A stretch of DNA of 64,000 bases from Selaginella moellendorffii. Its lineage: Eukaryota; Plantae; Lycopodiophyta. Position 1 is the first letter of the stretch. Each line of letters starts with the position of its first letter. The notes beneath the pieces are model-generated. The model was not told the origin of the DNA. It ran no database searches and saw nothing but the letters and a program-made list of their open reading frames with translations. Below, piece after piece: positions 38,290-49,729 of the stretch. The stretch is from NCBI RefSeq assembly GCF_000143415.4, contig NW_003314289.1, forward strand, positions 986,787 through 1,050,786, in the 5' to 3' direction. The position numbers and the translations under genes were made by a program.

Positions 38290-39110
38290 CCCCCTCAACC
38301 AAGTCTTGCCTCGATTCATTGAGGCATTCTTCCTTGAGTTGAGAGCAACTCTGGCTTGTTACGTGCCACACCCTGAAAGGCACGCCCGAGGCTTGTCCAC
38401 TACAAACCGCTCCACAAACAGCTGCTGTAAACCAGCGTCAGCAGCTCAACAAACTTGGTGTTGCCAGACACGAACGCAATGGTCGAGGAGCAAAGCCCTT
38501 ATGTCGAAACCAGTGCCTGCTTCTGCAAACAGCTTAGCCGACTCCACACACTCAGCATCATCCTGCTGGCCATGCAGCTTGAGCCATTGGGCCATAACCT
38601 GTGAATTCAGAGAAGAAGAATCAGCACTAATCGACCAAGTAGAAACCTCACCTCCTTTGCTCGGGTTTGCGACGTTGCCCAAACAATGTGATCACCCTAC
38701 CTGGTCGTAGTCATGGTTTGCCAACAAGACACCGAGTTGGAGACACTTGGCCACCCAGCTCTGTTCCTCGGAGATGAGAACATCTGGTGGGCAGCCTTGT
38801 CGCACAAGAACAGGTCGCTCTTCTTCCCATCCTCGTCCAGAGGAGTGTCCCTGTTACGAACTGGAAAGAAGCCATACTTCATAGCCACCACCTCATCCAG
38901 TCCGGTGGGGTGGAGCTTGCCTGGAATGGGGACCCAACCAGTGGCCTCCTCCTCCTCCTCCTCTTCCGTGCATGGACGCCTCGGGGAGGCGTCGCCCCTG
39001 CTGCTACGCCTGCGCTTGGGGCTCCTGGAACGCGGCCTCTCGCCGGAGCGAGACCTGCGAGAGCTAGAAGCACGTCGTGCCTGCGCTTGCCCGAGCGTCG
39101 CCTAGAGTCA
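38290..39110 (-). pseudogene. Uncharacterised family, copy F (most degraded)
   Basis: VAMKYGFFPVRNRDTPLDEDGKKSD and WLKLHGQQDDAECVESA pieces with several indels. Confidence 0.8.
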
Positions 39111-39296
39111 TCGCTGTTATGGACGTGGACTGCCACGTAGATAGGGGAGCGAAGCTTCGTTTGAGTCTCGTGTGATCTTTCCCTCGATTGAATTCAATCT
39201 ACAAGTAAAGATCTTATCAATCGCGTCAACCATTCGGCTAAGGCTAAATAAAATGAAATATTCCAAGTATCTGGGACTCTCTTGTAACTGAGTGAA

Positions 39297-41118
39297 CTAA
39301 CGTTCTTCTCGTTGTGGTCTATTTGGATTTGAGACCATGTCCATCATCATTTTCTCTGGAGAGTCTTGCCAGTTCCCAAAGGCCTTCAAATCCACCTAGA
39401 AAAAAACCCATCGGAAGTGAAACAGGCACATCTCACTCTCAAAACACTCTCAGAAGTGAAAAATCTGCACACACCTTTCTGCGCTGCTCAGCAAAAAGTT
39501 TTTCGCGTTGCTGGAATGTCGCCATTCTTTCCTGCGCGGTTTTACTCCCCAGGCCCCAAACTTCCACCTCCAAAACTTGGCAGCATAGTGGAGCATATCC
39601 CTGCTTAAGTCACAGATAAGTCTTGTTTTTAAACATTATCAAAGCGGAAGCACCTGATAAGGAAGAATAAATCCAGCTTGGTATGTCTTGTCCACAGCGT
39701 GATGCCTCAAAGTCACCGTGGAGAAGTCGTCACTGATCCAAATACGCTCGTTTTCCATGCTTCCACCAAAGCCAATTCCATTTGGCATCGGTCTAGAGTT
39801 GTAGCCACCACCAGGAGCAGTCTTGTGACTGTAGACATAGTTCTTCTCCTTGCCTGAATTGATGGAAAAATGAGAAACAGAAGAAAAAGTAATCACAGAC
39901 CTGTAGGATGAAGAACAATAAACTCGGGATCCAAACAGATCAAGCACGAGTTGCTAGTTCCATAGAAGTTACTCTTGTTTTCAAGGCCGCTGGGTATCAC
40001 AGCCGCGAGCAACCAGGTCTTGGACGGATCTTCGGCAGACATCCCAGAAAAGAGAAACAGCACAGCTTCTCTATATCCTTCCACCTGTGACCATAAACGA
40101 TTCATTCCTTTTCCATGCACAGGAGACCTGTAGCCTTCATCTTCCTTCTTAGAAAAACAATCGAAAGTAAAAAACTAGTTTGAGTACCTGTAGAGGAGAG
40201 TAATTGAATCTTCCAAACACGCTGACAAGAGAGTGTCTCCAGTCTTGTCTTTGAGAGCCAGTGCTAGAGACCATAGCCTTCCTGGTGTCAAGTGTCCAGG
40301 CAAGTGAGAGAGGCCGCTTTTCACTTCGGTGTCCTCGTCCTGGAAAAACGATCTCAGTGTCAAAAGAAAAGCTTGAGGAGAGAGTACCTGAAACAAGCAG
40401 TACTGGACGTAATCCACGAACACGTTGCCAAGACTTGGAATAGTAGCAAGCATCCACGAGTATAAATCCTTGAGAGGGACTTTCTCGCTGTCTTGGAATG
40501 CCCCTCGGACGAGAGGCTCCACAACCGGCAATTCAATCCCGTTGCTTAGCCTTTTGTAGAAAGTCATCAGCCAGCAAAGCCAAAGAACGTCTCGGAATTC
40601 TCGGGAAGAAACCTGACCTTCCAAGTTCTCGTCCAGATCACTGGAAGTCTCGGACGAACTCTTCTTCCCTTGGCTCTTGAGGCTGCGCACGAAAAGGAGT
40701 AGAAATCTCAGTCTCGTAGACACTAAATTTTGCTGGCAGCAACCATCGTAGCCTTTGAGAAAACCTGGCCAACTTACGTATCCTTCCACGGGCTTGAAAG
40801 CCACCGCCGTGAGAGTCGACCCAAAATTCTCGAGCAAGGATTTTAAATCTGAGCTTTCTTCGCCGGGAAGATCTTTGATGCGTCCCACTTCCATGCCAAA
40901 ACATCTCTGGATTCACGACGATCACCTGTAAGTTCCAGAAATTTTAAGAAGAAAAACCAACATACCTCGAGCTTTGATTCGTGAATAGCGTTTGGACCCT
41001 CGGATTTCGTCAAGCGCGAGAATGCGCTGGCCAGGAGCTCGAAATCTCGCCCCAGGTGGCTCCGCAAGTTCTGTAGCTCCTTTTGCTCATCGGTGAGTGT
41101 GGAGGAAGCTCCGCCCAT
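39297..41118 (-). CDS. TLDc-domain protein with a likely N-myristoylation start (MGGASS), multi-exon
   Basis: TLLYRS...HGKGMNRLWSQVEGY, NFYGTSNSCL, GIGFGG...ERIWISDDF...RHHAVDKTY, EVEVWGLG; ends REER* (TAG at 39297-39299). Confidence 0.85.
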
Positions 41119-41359
41119 GGCACCGGACTGGAATCTCTCCCCAGGAAGCAAATCACGTAGGAATTCTTCACCACAGATGGATTCCCAAGATCAAATTCCG
41201 CTCAAGAAGGTCGCGATCACACTCACCGAAGCATCGCCACGGACACCATTGCATAGCTCCTCGCGTTCGCCAGAGGGCGACTCTCTTTAGGGCTAGCGCG
41301 CGACGTAACTATGTAAAAATTTCAAAGTAAACAACGTGGCAGCTTTTCATTGCGCCTTG

Positions 41360-41750
41360 TCAGTGACTTGGCATATTATTTTGTGGCACGTGTCAATCAA
41401 TTTCGACTTTGGAGTGGCATCTCTTGTTCTTGTTTTTGGTCGGTATTTTATGTGTAGATTTTCTTTCTCTTCGTGGATTTCTTACGCGTTTTTCCTTTTC
41501 TTCACTTAGATCGATTTTTTTTCCCGGGATTTTCTTCCTGCATAGACTAATCCATGGTTCATTTCTTTGATTCGTTTGATCCATTTGATTATTTTGTTTG
41601 AGCCTTCGTGATCCATGGTTCGTTTCTATGATTTTTTTGTTTGTAGTCTTGATGGTACTATCAGTTGTTGTTCATACTCTTAACAGTTTTTTTTTGGTTT
41701 TTTAAACTAAAGCAGCTTGTTCGTGATTCCAAGACATGCACCAACTCCAG
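41360..41750 (+). repeat. Diverged partial duplicate of 49620-50190 (promoter, intron 1 and start of exon 2 of the coiled-coil gene)
   Basis: Shared strings cttgtcagtgac, tgtgtagattttctttctct, ttcacttagatcgatt, atccatggttc, gttgttcatactctt, cgtgattccaagac. Confidence 0.7.
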
Positions 41751-42489
41751 GACCTGGTTTGTAAGCTTGTCATCTCGTTCTATTATCTTGCAATCCTGGA
41801 TTAAATATATGGAATTGTGGCTTCCTTCTGATTAGTTTATTAAAATAATTCAGAAAGGCAACATATGATTAAAAAGAAGTATAAAAACTTGTCTGCATAA
41901 TATTCTAACATCACTATTCAATTTTTCACCACTTAGTTTCCTTTCGTCAGCTTTGGCCCGCTTCACCACTTGCTCAGCTTTAACAGGCACATTCATTGCC
42001 TCTGGCTGCTCCGCCATCGGCACTGCTGCTGTTGCCCGCTCCACCACTTGTTCGATTGTGTCCTCCTCCACTACCAGCTCAGGTCCAAGTTCTGTTGCCG
42101 AGTGAGGAAGTACTAGCGGCTAAAAAAGGCGTCGCTTCATCCTTTTCGATCTTATACCTTGCCAACTCTTGCAGTTCACCCTCCGAAAGCAGGAATCTTG
42201 AAGCTATTTCTTTCGGTGATGCCCACCGGAGCATTTGTTGAAAGCAGTCGTTCAATGCCATATCCCTGGTCTGAGCGTCTTCAACTCTCTGCTGTCCGCA
42301 GGCCTCGATGCACCATGAAAACTCCCGGAAGCCCAGCGCAGCATTAAGTTGCCCAGTCTACTTGCAGCCTCAACATACAACAGACAACTCTTTTCTTAAG
42401 CTTCTCATGTCGCCCACGCTGTCCTCGCTGCAACATGCTCCCAGCAAGTGTCACTTCTTATGTAATGCTTTTTTGTCTACTCTTTTTTG

Positions 42490-43020
42490 TTCTTTCAGGA
42501 GTTGAGGAGCCCCTTGCGAGAGGTAATGCAAACGATTCTGAGCGCGAGTGGAAACTACTTGGTTTCTCGTTGAAACCAAAGACAGCTTTGGCCAGCACCG
42601 TGCCACCGCCAAAGATGACGGCGACAAGGATCTCGAGTTGGAAGCTTCCGGCTTCAGGAAGTGTTTTACTGGCCAGAACTGGAACCAGCAGCAGCAACAA
42701 GCAGGACGTGCACCAAAGTAAGATCTCATTCGAGTCCAGAGCTCACTGCACCGTGTTTGGGAACCTTTGAAAAGTAGAAGAGATTCAGAGTCTGGTGCTT
42801 AAAAAAATCCAAGTTTCCTGAGTACACGCAACTCCTGGAGGAGCTGCAGCATCTGTTCGGCATTGACGAGAACCTGAACGGGTCCGAGTGGCAAACTGTG
42901 TACGTAGATAACGAGCTCGTCGGAGACGACCCCTTAGACGTCTGTGCATTTCATGGTGTATTTGTTTAAAGAGTTTTTACATTTCAGGGCGATGCGATGC
43001 ATACGGATCCTATCGCTCAG
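42490..43020 (+). pseudogene. Auxin response factor (ARF) C-terminal PB1 (domain III/IV) remnant
   Basis: KLLGFSL; SRTCTK before an intron; KFPEYTQLLEELQHLFGI..WQTVYVDNE.LVGDDP* (conserved W replaced by a stop); CIRILS. Confidence 0.75.
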
Positions 43021-43189
43021 CAGGATTACGAGTAATTAAATAGCTCGTGCTTCGTTTTGAACTAATTGAGAACTTAGCTCAAGTTTAGGGTTCATCGTTG
43101 ATGAAGGGCTAACGGGATTTCTTGAGTTTAGGTAGGACTTTTCTTTGCGTTCGCAATATAAGACAGATTGCTGGGGACAAGAAAGCGAG

Positions 43190-44160
43190 GTATGATCAAT
43201 GATAAACAAAGGCTAGAGGGTCAGAAACTCAAGACACCAGGGTCGCTCTTTCTTTTCGATTGCAACGCAAAAGGGAGCCAGTGACACAGTGAAGCTAAGA
43301 TGATATGCTCAAACAACTCAAACAAGTAAAGTGCAAAAAAACGGGCCAAGGAACTCCCAACGCGAAGGGATGTGGACAACGCTGTGTCACGTTGCCAGGT
43401 TCGCATGTGTTTCGATTTGTTCTAATTTTTTGTCATGAAGAAGCCAAGTGACGTGCTGGTGGTGCTCAACGACGATAAAAACTGAAAAACGCCATGTCAC
43501 AGCGTGTGCCAAGAAGAAAAATGCTACTAGATTGGAGAGATTTTGTGTCAACGTTTTGGAGAGATTATCAGTGCTTTGAGTTATGTTGTTGCTGCGCTCA
43601 ACGCAAGGAGAAACAACATTGGGCACCTGCGATCTTCAGAACTTCAATCCAGCTGAAGACGTACATGACAATAGTCCAACCTCAATGAAAACAACGATCA
43701 TGATCCTTGACCGGGTCCACTCTCGCTCGCAAAGTAAATTTGTTTAGGGTTTTTCTTTGTGTTAGCAAGACAACGAAACCAGAGATATTTTCTGTGCTTG
43801 CAACGAGCTCTAGAATGATCAACGATAAAAGAAAGGCTAGAGGTGATAAAAAATTCGTGTTGAAACTCTCAACGTTTGAAGACACTGGGTTCGCTCTTTC
43901 TTTTCAATTGTCGACGCTATGCTCAACACAAAAGGGAGCAGGTGATACAGTCAAGCTAAGATGATATGCTCCTAAGTGCAAAACAACGGTCCAAGGAACT
44001 CTCAACGGGAAGGGAAACTTGTGAATACGAACAAAACTAACGATCATTGAAAGTTGACGATACTTAGCTTCATGAATTTCTTGTCATGAAAAAGTTATGT
44101 TGTTGCTGTGCTCAACGCAAGACCGAGAAGCAACGTTGGGCACCTCCGATCGTCAGAATT
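43190..44160. repeat. Degenerate direct duplication (~43190-43640 vs ~43815-44160)
   Basis: aaggctagagg, tcgctctttcttttc, aagctaagatgatatgctc, ccaaggaactc and tgggcacct.cgatc.tcagaa all recur in the same order. Confidence 0.65.
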
Positions 44161-44839
44161 ACTAAGTGGTCAAGGCTCAGAGAACCCATTTACTAGTCAA
44201 CCTAGTGGAGTTTCTCTGACGATGGGATAGGCCTTCCTGCAGTTTGCACAAGGCCTTCTATAGTCCCCACAGCTACAACCAAACGTGACGCATCAACTAG
44301 TTTATCTTGATAAGAAGAAGACTTACCATTTACACTTGAACGCCGATACGTTCCAAAGAACAGCCACGGTCGAAGCAATGCATCTCTTCTGAGATCTTGT
44401 CTGTTTTCTCGGCTGGAGAATAAAAAAAATGCGTGTGCTCGGTATCTAGATCCCACGACTTAATGCTCCAATCCTGGGAGTTAAAAAAAAGAATCCAATT
44501 CATGCAAAAGATCTATGCCAAAAGCTGTATCATACCTCTAGAGTGAGAGCATCAACTCTGCAAGAAAATTCACCATCATCAGCCAAACCTCTCACATTGT
44601 TAGTAAAATTTCCGGATCATGCGAAGTCCTCGCGTCAATTCGGAGAAATTAGCTCGGAAATCTCACCAGTGATGTGTTGCCCGACCAGCCGCGAAGAGTG
44701 CCTGCGAGTGATGAAATGCTCCACACTGTGGCCGAGCTCCATCGCTCTCGGCTCCCTGGACCTCCAGATACTGCCTCGCCGTCCACTCCATCGCTGCTCC
44801 CTATAAACCCCCTTAGATCTGCGTCACACCTTTAGCGCC

Positions 44840-46014
44840 ATGGCGTCGCTCCCGGATCCACATCCACAAAACCCTAGCTCACCTCGCGCGAAGCTCCTAC
44901 AAGCTATACTGCTGCCAGTGTAGAGCTCGCACCGAATTCCAAGTGGTTAAAATCCAACGGTGTAGATTTCCGAGCCCTAGGGCTTAGGGTTTATCCACCG
45001 CGCGCGGGCGAATCCTGCCTCCTAACGCATCAGCGCCAAGAGTTCTCTGTTCTCACGGCTGGTATGCTCGGCATTCCTGCCTTCCATTGCCGGGGATTGG
45101 ATTGCACAGGCCTAAAACCCGTGCTCTTCTGCTAGCCTTCAGGCTACAAATCCGTGCTCTTCCGCTAGCAGTAGAAGAAATGAGAAGGAAAGGGAAGAAA
45201 GGAGTGGCTTTGAAAGCCTCGACTGCTGAAGGCTGACAACGTGACGAAGAAGGCTCCTGCTAGAAAATCTAAACGGACAGCAAAGCCGCAAGAAGAGACC
45301 CCAAGGATCAGATAAGAAAAATGCCAGATCCAAACAGCAAACGGTGCCTGTGGAACAAAAGCCCGTGAAGAACGAATTGAATGCTATGAAAGAAGATGAC
45401 GCTAGTGCATTGCTTGGGAAGTGAAAGCAAGCATGGAGAGTGTGGTAGCACCAGGAGAAGCTAGGCTGGAAAGGTGAAAGCTGTCGCGAAAGCAACGAAG
45501 CTGAAGCCTCCCAAGGAAGTAAAAGATGGTGAAGATTCGACGTAAGTCCTCAAGAAGCCAGAAGAAGGCTGAAGTAGTAGAAGCCATCGCCTGGCACATT
45601 CTCGAGATGATTAAGCTGGAAGGCATCATGAAGAAGGGGCTTAGTAAATCCGCTGGAAGAATCCAGTCAGCTGCTGGCTTGGAGAAGGAGATCGACCGCT
45701 CCCTGCGCAGAGATTTCTCCATAGACAGCAAGGGACAAGTGAGCTTTCCGGCACGGCTTGTGAGCTACAACGGCGTCAAACTGGACCAGTTCTCGCTCAC
45801 TGCTGGCGACGCTGAGGCCGTAGACGTATGCTTTCGAGGCCGGATGGTGGCGGCGTTCTTGTCGCGCTACTTCAGCGAGGATGTGGACTACGGCTTCACG
45901 GCCAACATGGAGGAGCAGCAACTCGACGCTGTTTCGTCCGGGAACATGAAGTGGAACGCAGTGTGCAGCAGTTCTGGCCAAACTTCCACGACAAAGGTAG
46001 CAGACATGCAATAG
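44840..46014 (+). pseudogene. Type IA DNA topoisomerase (organellar TopA-like) remnant with large internal deletions
   Basis: EAIAWHILE, SAGRIQS, FPARLVSYNG.KL, GRMVAAFL..YF...VDYGFTANMEE.LD.V..G...W, packed into ~160 aa. Stops and frameshifts upstream. Confidence 0.78.
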
Positions 46015-46379
46015 GTAGACGACTAGCTTTCCAGCCCATGCGGTTTTGACCCGCCAAGGTTGCTCGCCAATGTTTCTCAATTGTGTGAAATCCTTCTGTA
46101 TATCACATCTTGGATCTGGATAGCCTTCATGAGCATGGAGGAATATAGACTCACGACTAATACGAAATCATTTGGACCACGAAGACTCCGTATGAACGAA
46201 GCCTTCACGAGCACGGAGGCGTGACACACACGACTAGCATGACATTCACGGCTAGCGTGACACACACGACTGTTCCGGCCCATGCGTTTTTGACCCGCCA
46301 ACTTTGCTCGACATAAAAAGGAAAGCAGTTCGAGCAGAGCTTCGTGGCAAAGAAAAAAGAAGAGATTTAGTTCATTGCA

Positions 46380-48545
46380 GGCATGGGAAGGACTTTTGTT
46401 CTTGGTGCTTATGTGTATACAGGGAAATGTATGAGCTCCAGGCTTTGCTTGCGTTTAAAGGAGGTTTATCAAATCACACTGCTCTATACGGCTGGACAAT
46501 GGAAAATTCTCACAATCTCTGTGTGTCTTGGGAAGGAGTGACCTGCAGTAATGTTACTGGTTAAGTTATAATGCTCGATTTGTGGGATCTCAATCTGGAA
46601 CGAATAATCAGTCCGGAAGTATCCAAGTTGAAAAATCTGGAAGTGCTTGACCTCTCTCGGAATGAGCTGACTGGCCCTCTACCAAAAGAGTTTGGAATGA
46701 TGAAGAAATTGAAAGAATTGTATTTGTCATGTGAAATTCCAGAATTTATTGGCAATTTCTCATCGCTTGAACTTATTTGGGCTGACATTGCTATTGGAGG
46801 AATACCCAGGTCAATTGGGCAGCGACTATATTTTTGGGTCAATCCCTGAGGAACTTGGTAACTGCAGTAAGCTGGAGGAAATATACATTGAGCCTAATAA
46901 CATTATTGAAAGTTTTATACCATTGTCACTCACGCTTCTACCTCTTCTCAAAGTTTTATCTTTGACTCATTTGAATGGTACTGGGGCAATCCCAAAAGAA
47001 GTATGGAACCTGACTCATTTGGAGGAGCTTACTCTAAGACATTGCTCCTTGACAGGCTCATTACCACCACAACTTGGTGTTCAATTTAGAATTTTGGATT
47101 TGTCCAACAACTTTCTATCAGGAGATCCATCATTTTCAAGTTTAGATCTGAGTTATAACATGTTCTGTGGAAGCATACCAGTCAGCTTAGGACAAATGGG
47201 AGGACTAACAAGCCTTGACCTTAGCAATAACGGGTTCACAGGTACAGCTTGGGGCATTTATCAAATTTAAGTTATCTTTATTTGAGTAACAATTTGTTGA
47301 CTGGTGCTATACCAATGCACTTAAGGCAGCTATCGAATCTGAAACTTCTTGACTTGCATATCAACAGCTTAAATGGCACTTTACCAAATTTTTTGACAAC
47401 AATTACAATTCAAGAATTGGATCTATCAGGCAACAAATTCAACGGACATATGCCACCCATTTCAAGGGATATGGACTACCTAGATTTGTCAGAGAACATG
47501 CTCACTGAGGAAATACCAAGAATAAGTATTGGACCTTCATGTAATTTGCAACACTTGGATGTGAGTAGTAATAGATTAGTTGGGGGTTTGCCAAATTGGC
47601 TCAAGCATTGCACTGGTCTACATTTTCTTCGGGTTTATAATAACTCTTTGAGTGGAAATCTTGCAGCTGATGTCTTCAAAAACATGACAAGTCTTTTATA
47701 TGTTTCACTCTCACATAACAAATTTGAAGGTGAGCTACCAGAAAGTTTATCACAAGAAACACAACACATTATCATTAGTGATAACAAGTTTTCTGGCAAA
47801 ATTCCTTCATTTCTTTCACATTTCAAAGATCTCACAGTGCTAATCATTGATGGAAACAGATTCCATGGACCAATACCTGATTGGTTGTGGAACATGCCCC
47901 ACCTTCGCATCCTTGACTTCTCCCGCAATAAGTTTGAAGGATGTCTTCCAGGTTCTATAAGCCAATTAGATGCATTCAAACATGCCAATCTTAGTCCTCA
48001 ACAATGGAGACCATTAATGCTTATGGTCAAAGGAAAAGAACGACAATTTCCATATTTTGATCTATCAAATACCATCCTTGATCTGTCATCCAACCAATTG
48101 ATGGGAGTGATTCCTCCAAGTTTGGGTGAGTTGGATAAACTCCACATCCTCAATCTCTTCAATAATCACTTTTCTGGAAACATTCCCCAAACTCTAGGCA
48201 AGATAGTACAGCTAAAGCAGCTAGACTTCTTCTTTAACAACATTATTAGACCCATCCCCAATGCGCTTCAAGAACTTCATTCATTGTCATCTCTAAATCT
48301 TTCATTCAACAGGCTTCAGGGCAAGATTCCATTTGGCCACGGGCAAATGAGCACATTTGAAAAGTCAAGTTATTTAGAAAATCCAAGTTTGTGTGGAAAG
48401 CCACTCGACAAAGAGTGTCCCAGCAATAGTAATTCCACTGTGTCCCAGCAATAGTAATTCCACTTTGTTAGTTTATAAACACTTCAGCAGTTGGTGGCAA
48501 GAAAATGTGTCATTGTGGGCATTTACACTTGGCTTCCATATTTAA
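46380..48545 (+). pseudogene. LRR receptor-like protein pseudogene
   Basis: ALLAFK...CVSWEGVTC (LRR N-cap), many LxxLDLSxNxLxGxIP repeats, SSYLENPSLCGKPL..C. Several frameshifts. Confidence 0.88.
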
Positions 48546-48639
48546 AGCATATATATGAGCATATTTACAAGGGTTGGGTTTGTGTGGTTTGCTCCACTAA
48601 ATCATCATTCGCTCCACTGAATCATCAACTAGTAACGAG

Positions 48640-49470
48640 TAGAATGGGATCTCTCAAGCTTGTCCTCGTGACATTTCTGGCTTCCATTGCTGCATGTAAG
48701 ATATCGTGTGGGATTTTCGGGCCAAGGGCGATGGTACAAATCACCTTCCACACTGCTCCATCCAAAATGCTGGCTGCAGCACGGTTAGCCTCCGGTTCTT
48801 CATAGCCGAGAGGTACACTTCCAGCGGAGAGCTCTCACGCAGTCGAGGATTGCCTCTGCCGACAATGGTGAGAGAGCTAGAGCAAACGCGGTTCGTTAAG
48901 GCAAGGAAAGGGAGGCTGTCGGTTCAGCGCGTAGAAAATTGGCTGCAAAGTCGCAAAGCTGTTCCAGCCTGCGGGAGGAGTGTCCAGATCCTTATACCAA
49001 GCTTCCGGCGAGGTAAGGTAGGGTCGGGAGGAGGCCAGTGACTGGGACTCGTACTGGCAGCGTTTGTCAGCTCAGACTCTAGCCAGGGGTATTGAGCGGC
49101 TCACGACTTAGCACCGGCTCAGCCTGCTGTTGCTGTGGATCTCCGCGACTTGGTGGCAGAAAAGCTCCTCCATGGGAAGAAACCCCTGGAGACTACGTAG
49201 CAGTCTTCAACAAAGCGCTCCACGACGCTACAGCGCACTGCAGTAGAATCTGTGCTCGCTTTTCCCAGTGATCGATAAGACTATCCAGCGGCTGCATGTG
49301 TAGATGAAGCAGCAGCGCCAACTCTTCTTCTGGTGGCGGCCTTCTGTTGAGATTGCCTTCGTCTGATCCAAAGCCACTTGAAAATACCAACAGCGGCACA
49401 AAGGTCATCCTGCTTAGAGGCGAGCCTTCGTCAACCAAGAACAGCGCTTGCCCCGTTGATACTTGGCTGG
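48640..49470 (-). pseudogene. Unidentified GC-rich coding-like remnant
   Basis: Coding-like pieces such as ESSPLEVYLSAMKNRRLTVLQPAFWME in shifting frames. Family not recognised. Confidence 0.25.
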
Positions 49471-49729
49471 AAACTACTGTCGAGAATGCACAGGGCACCC
49501 AAAAGGTGGTTGTAGTTAGATTAACTTCTAAGTTTGTTTTTGTTTCTAAATTTGGTTTATGATGGAGCATAAATATAGAAGTGTTCAAAATCACGTGGGA
49601 TTCCACGTGTACCTATATTAAAGGCTTGTCAGTGACATATTGTTCACGTGGGCAGCCAATATTTTGACGCGTGTCAGCCAAGTCAGCATTGGCATTTCTA
49701 GGGTTACGTCGAGTGAGGAGAGGAGAGGG

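Noticed and set aside
46220-46272. 21-bp triple repeat encoding SRVCHA repeats
   Set aside because: Small local tandem repeat between pseudogenes, with no support for the ORF.
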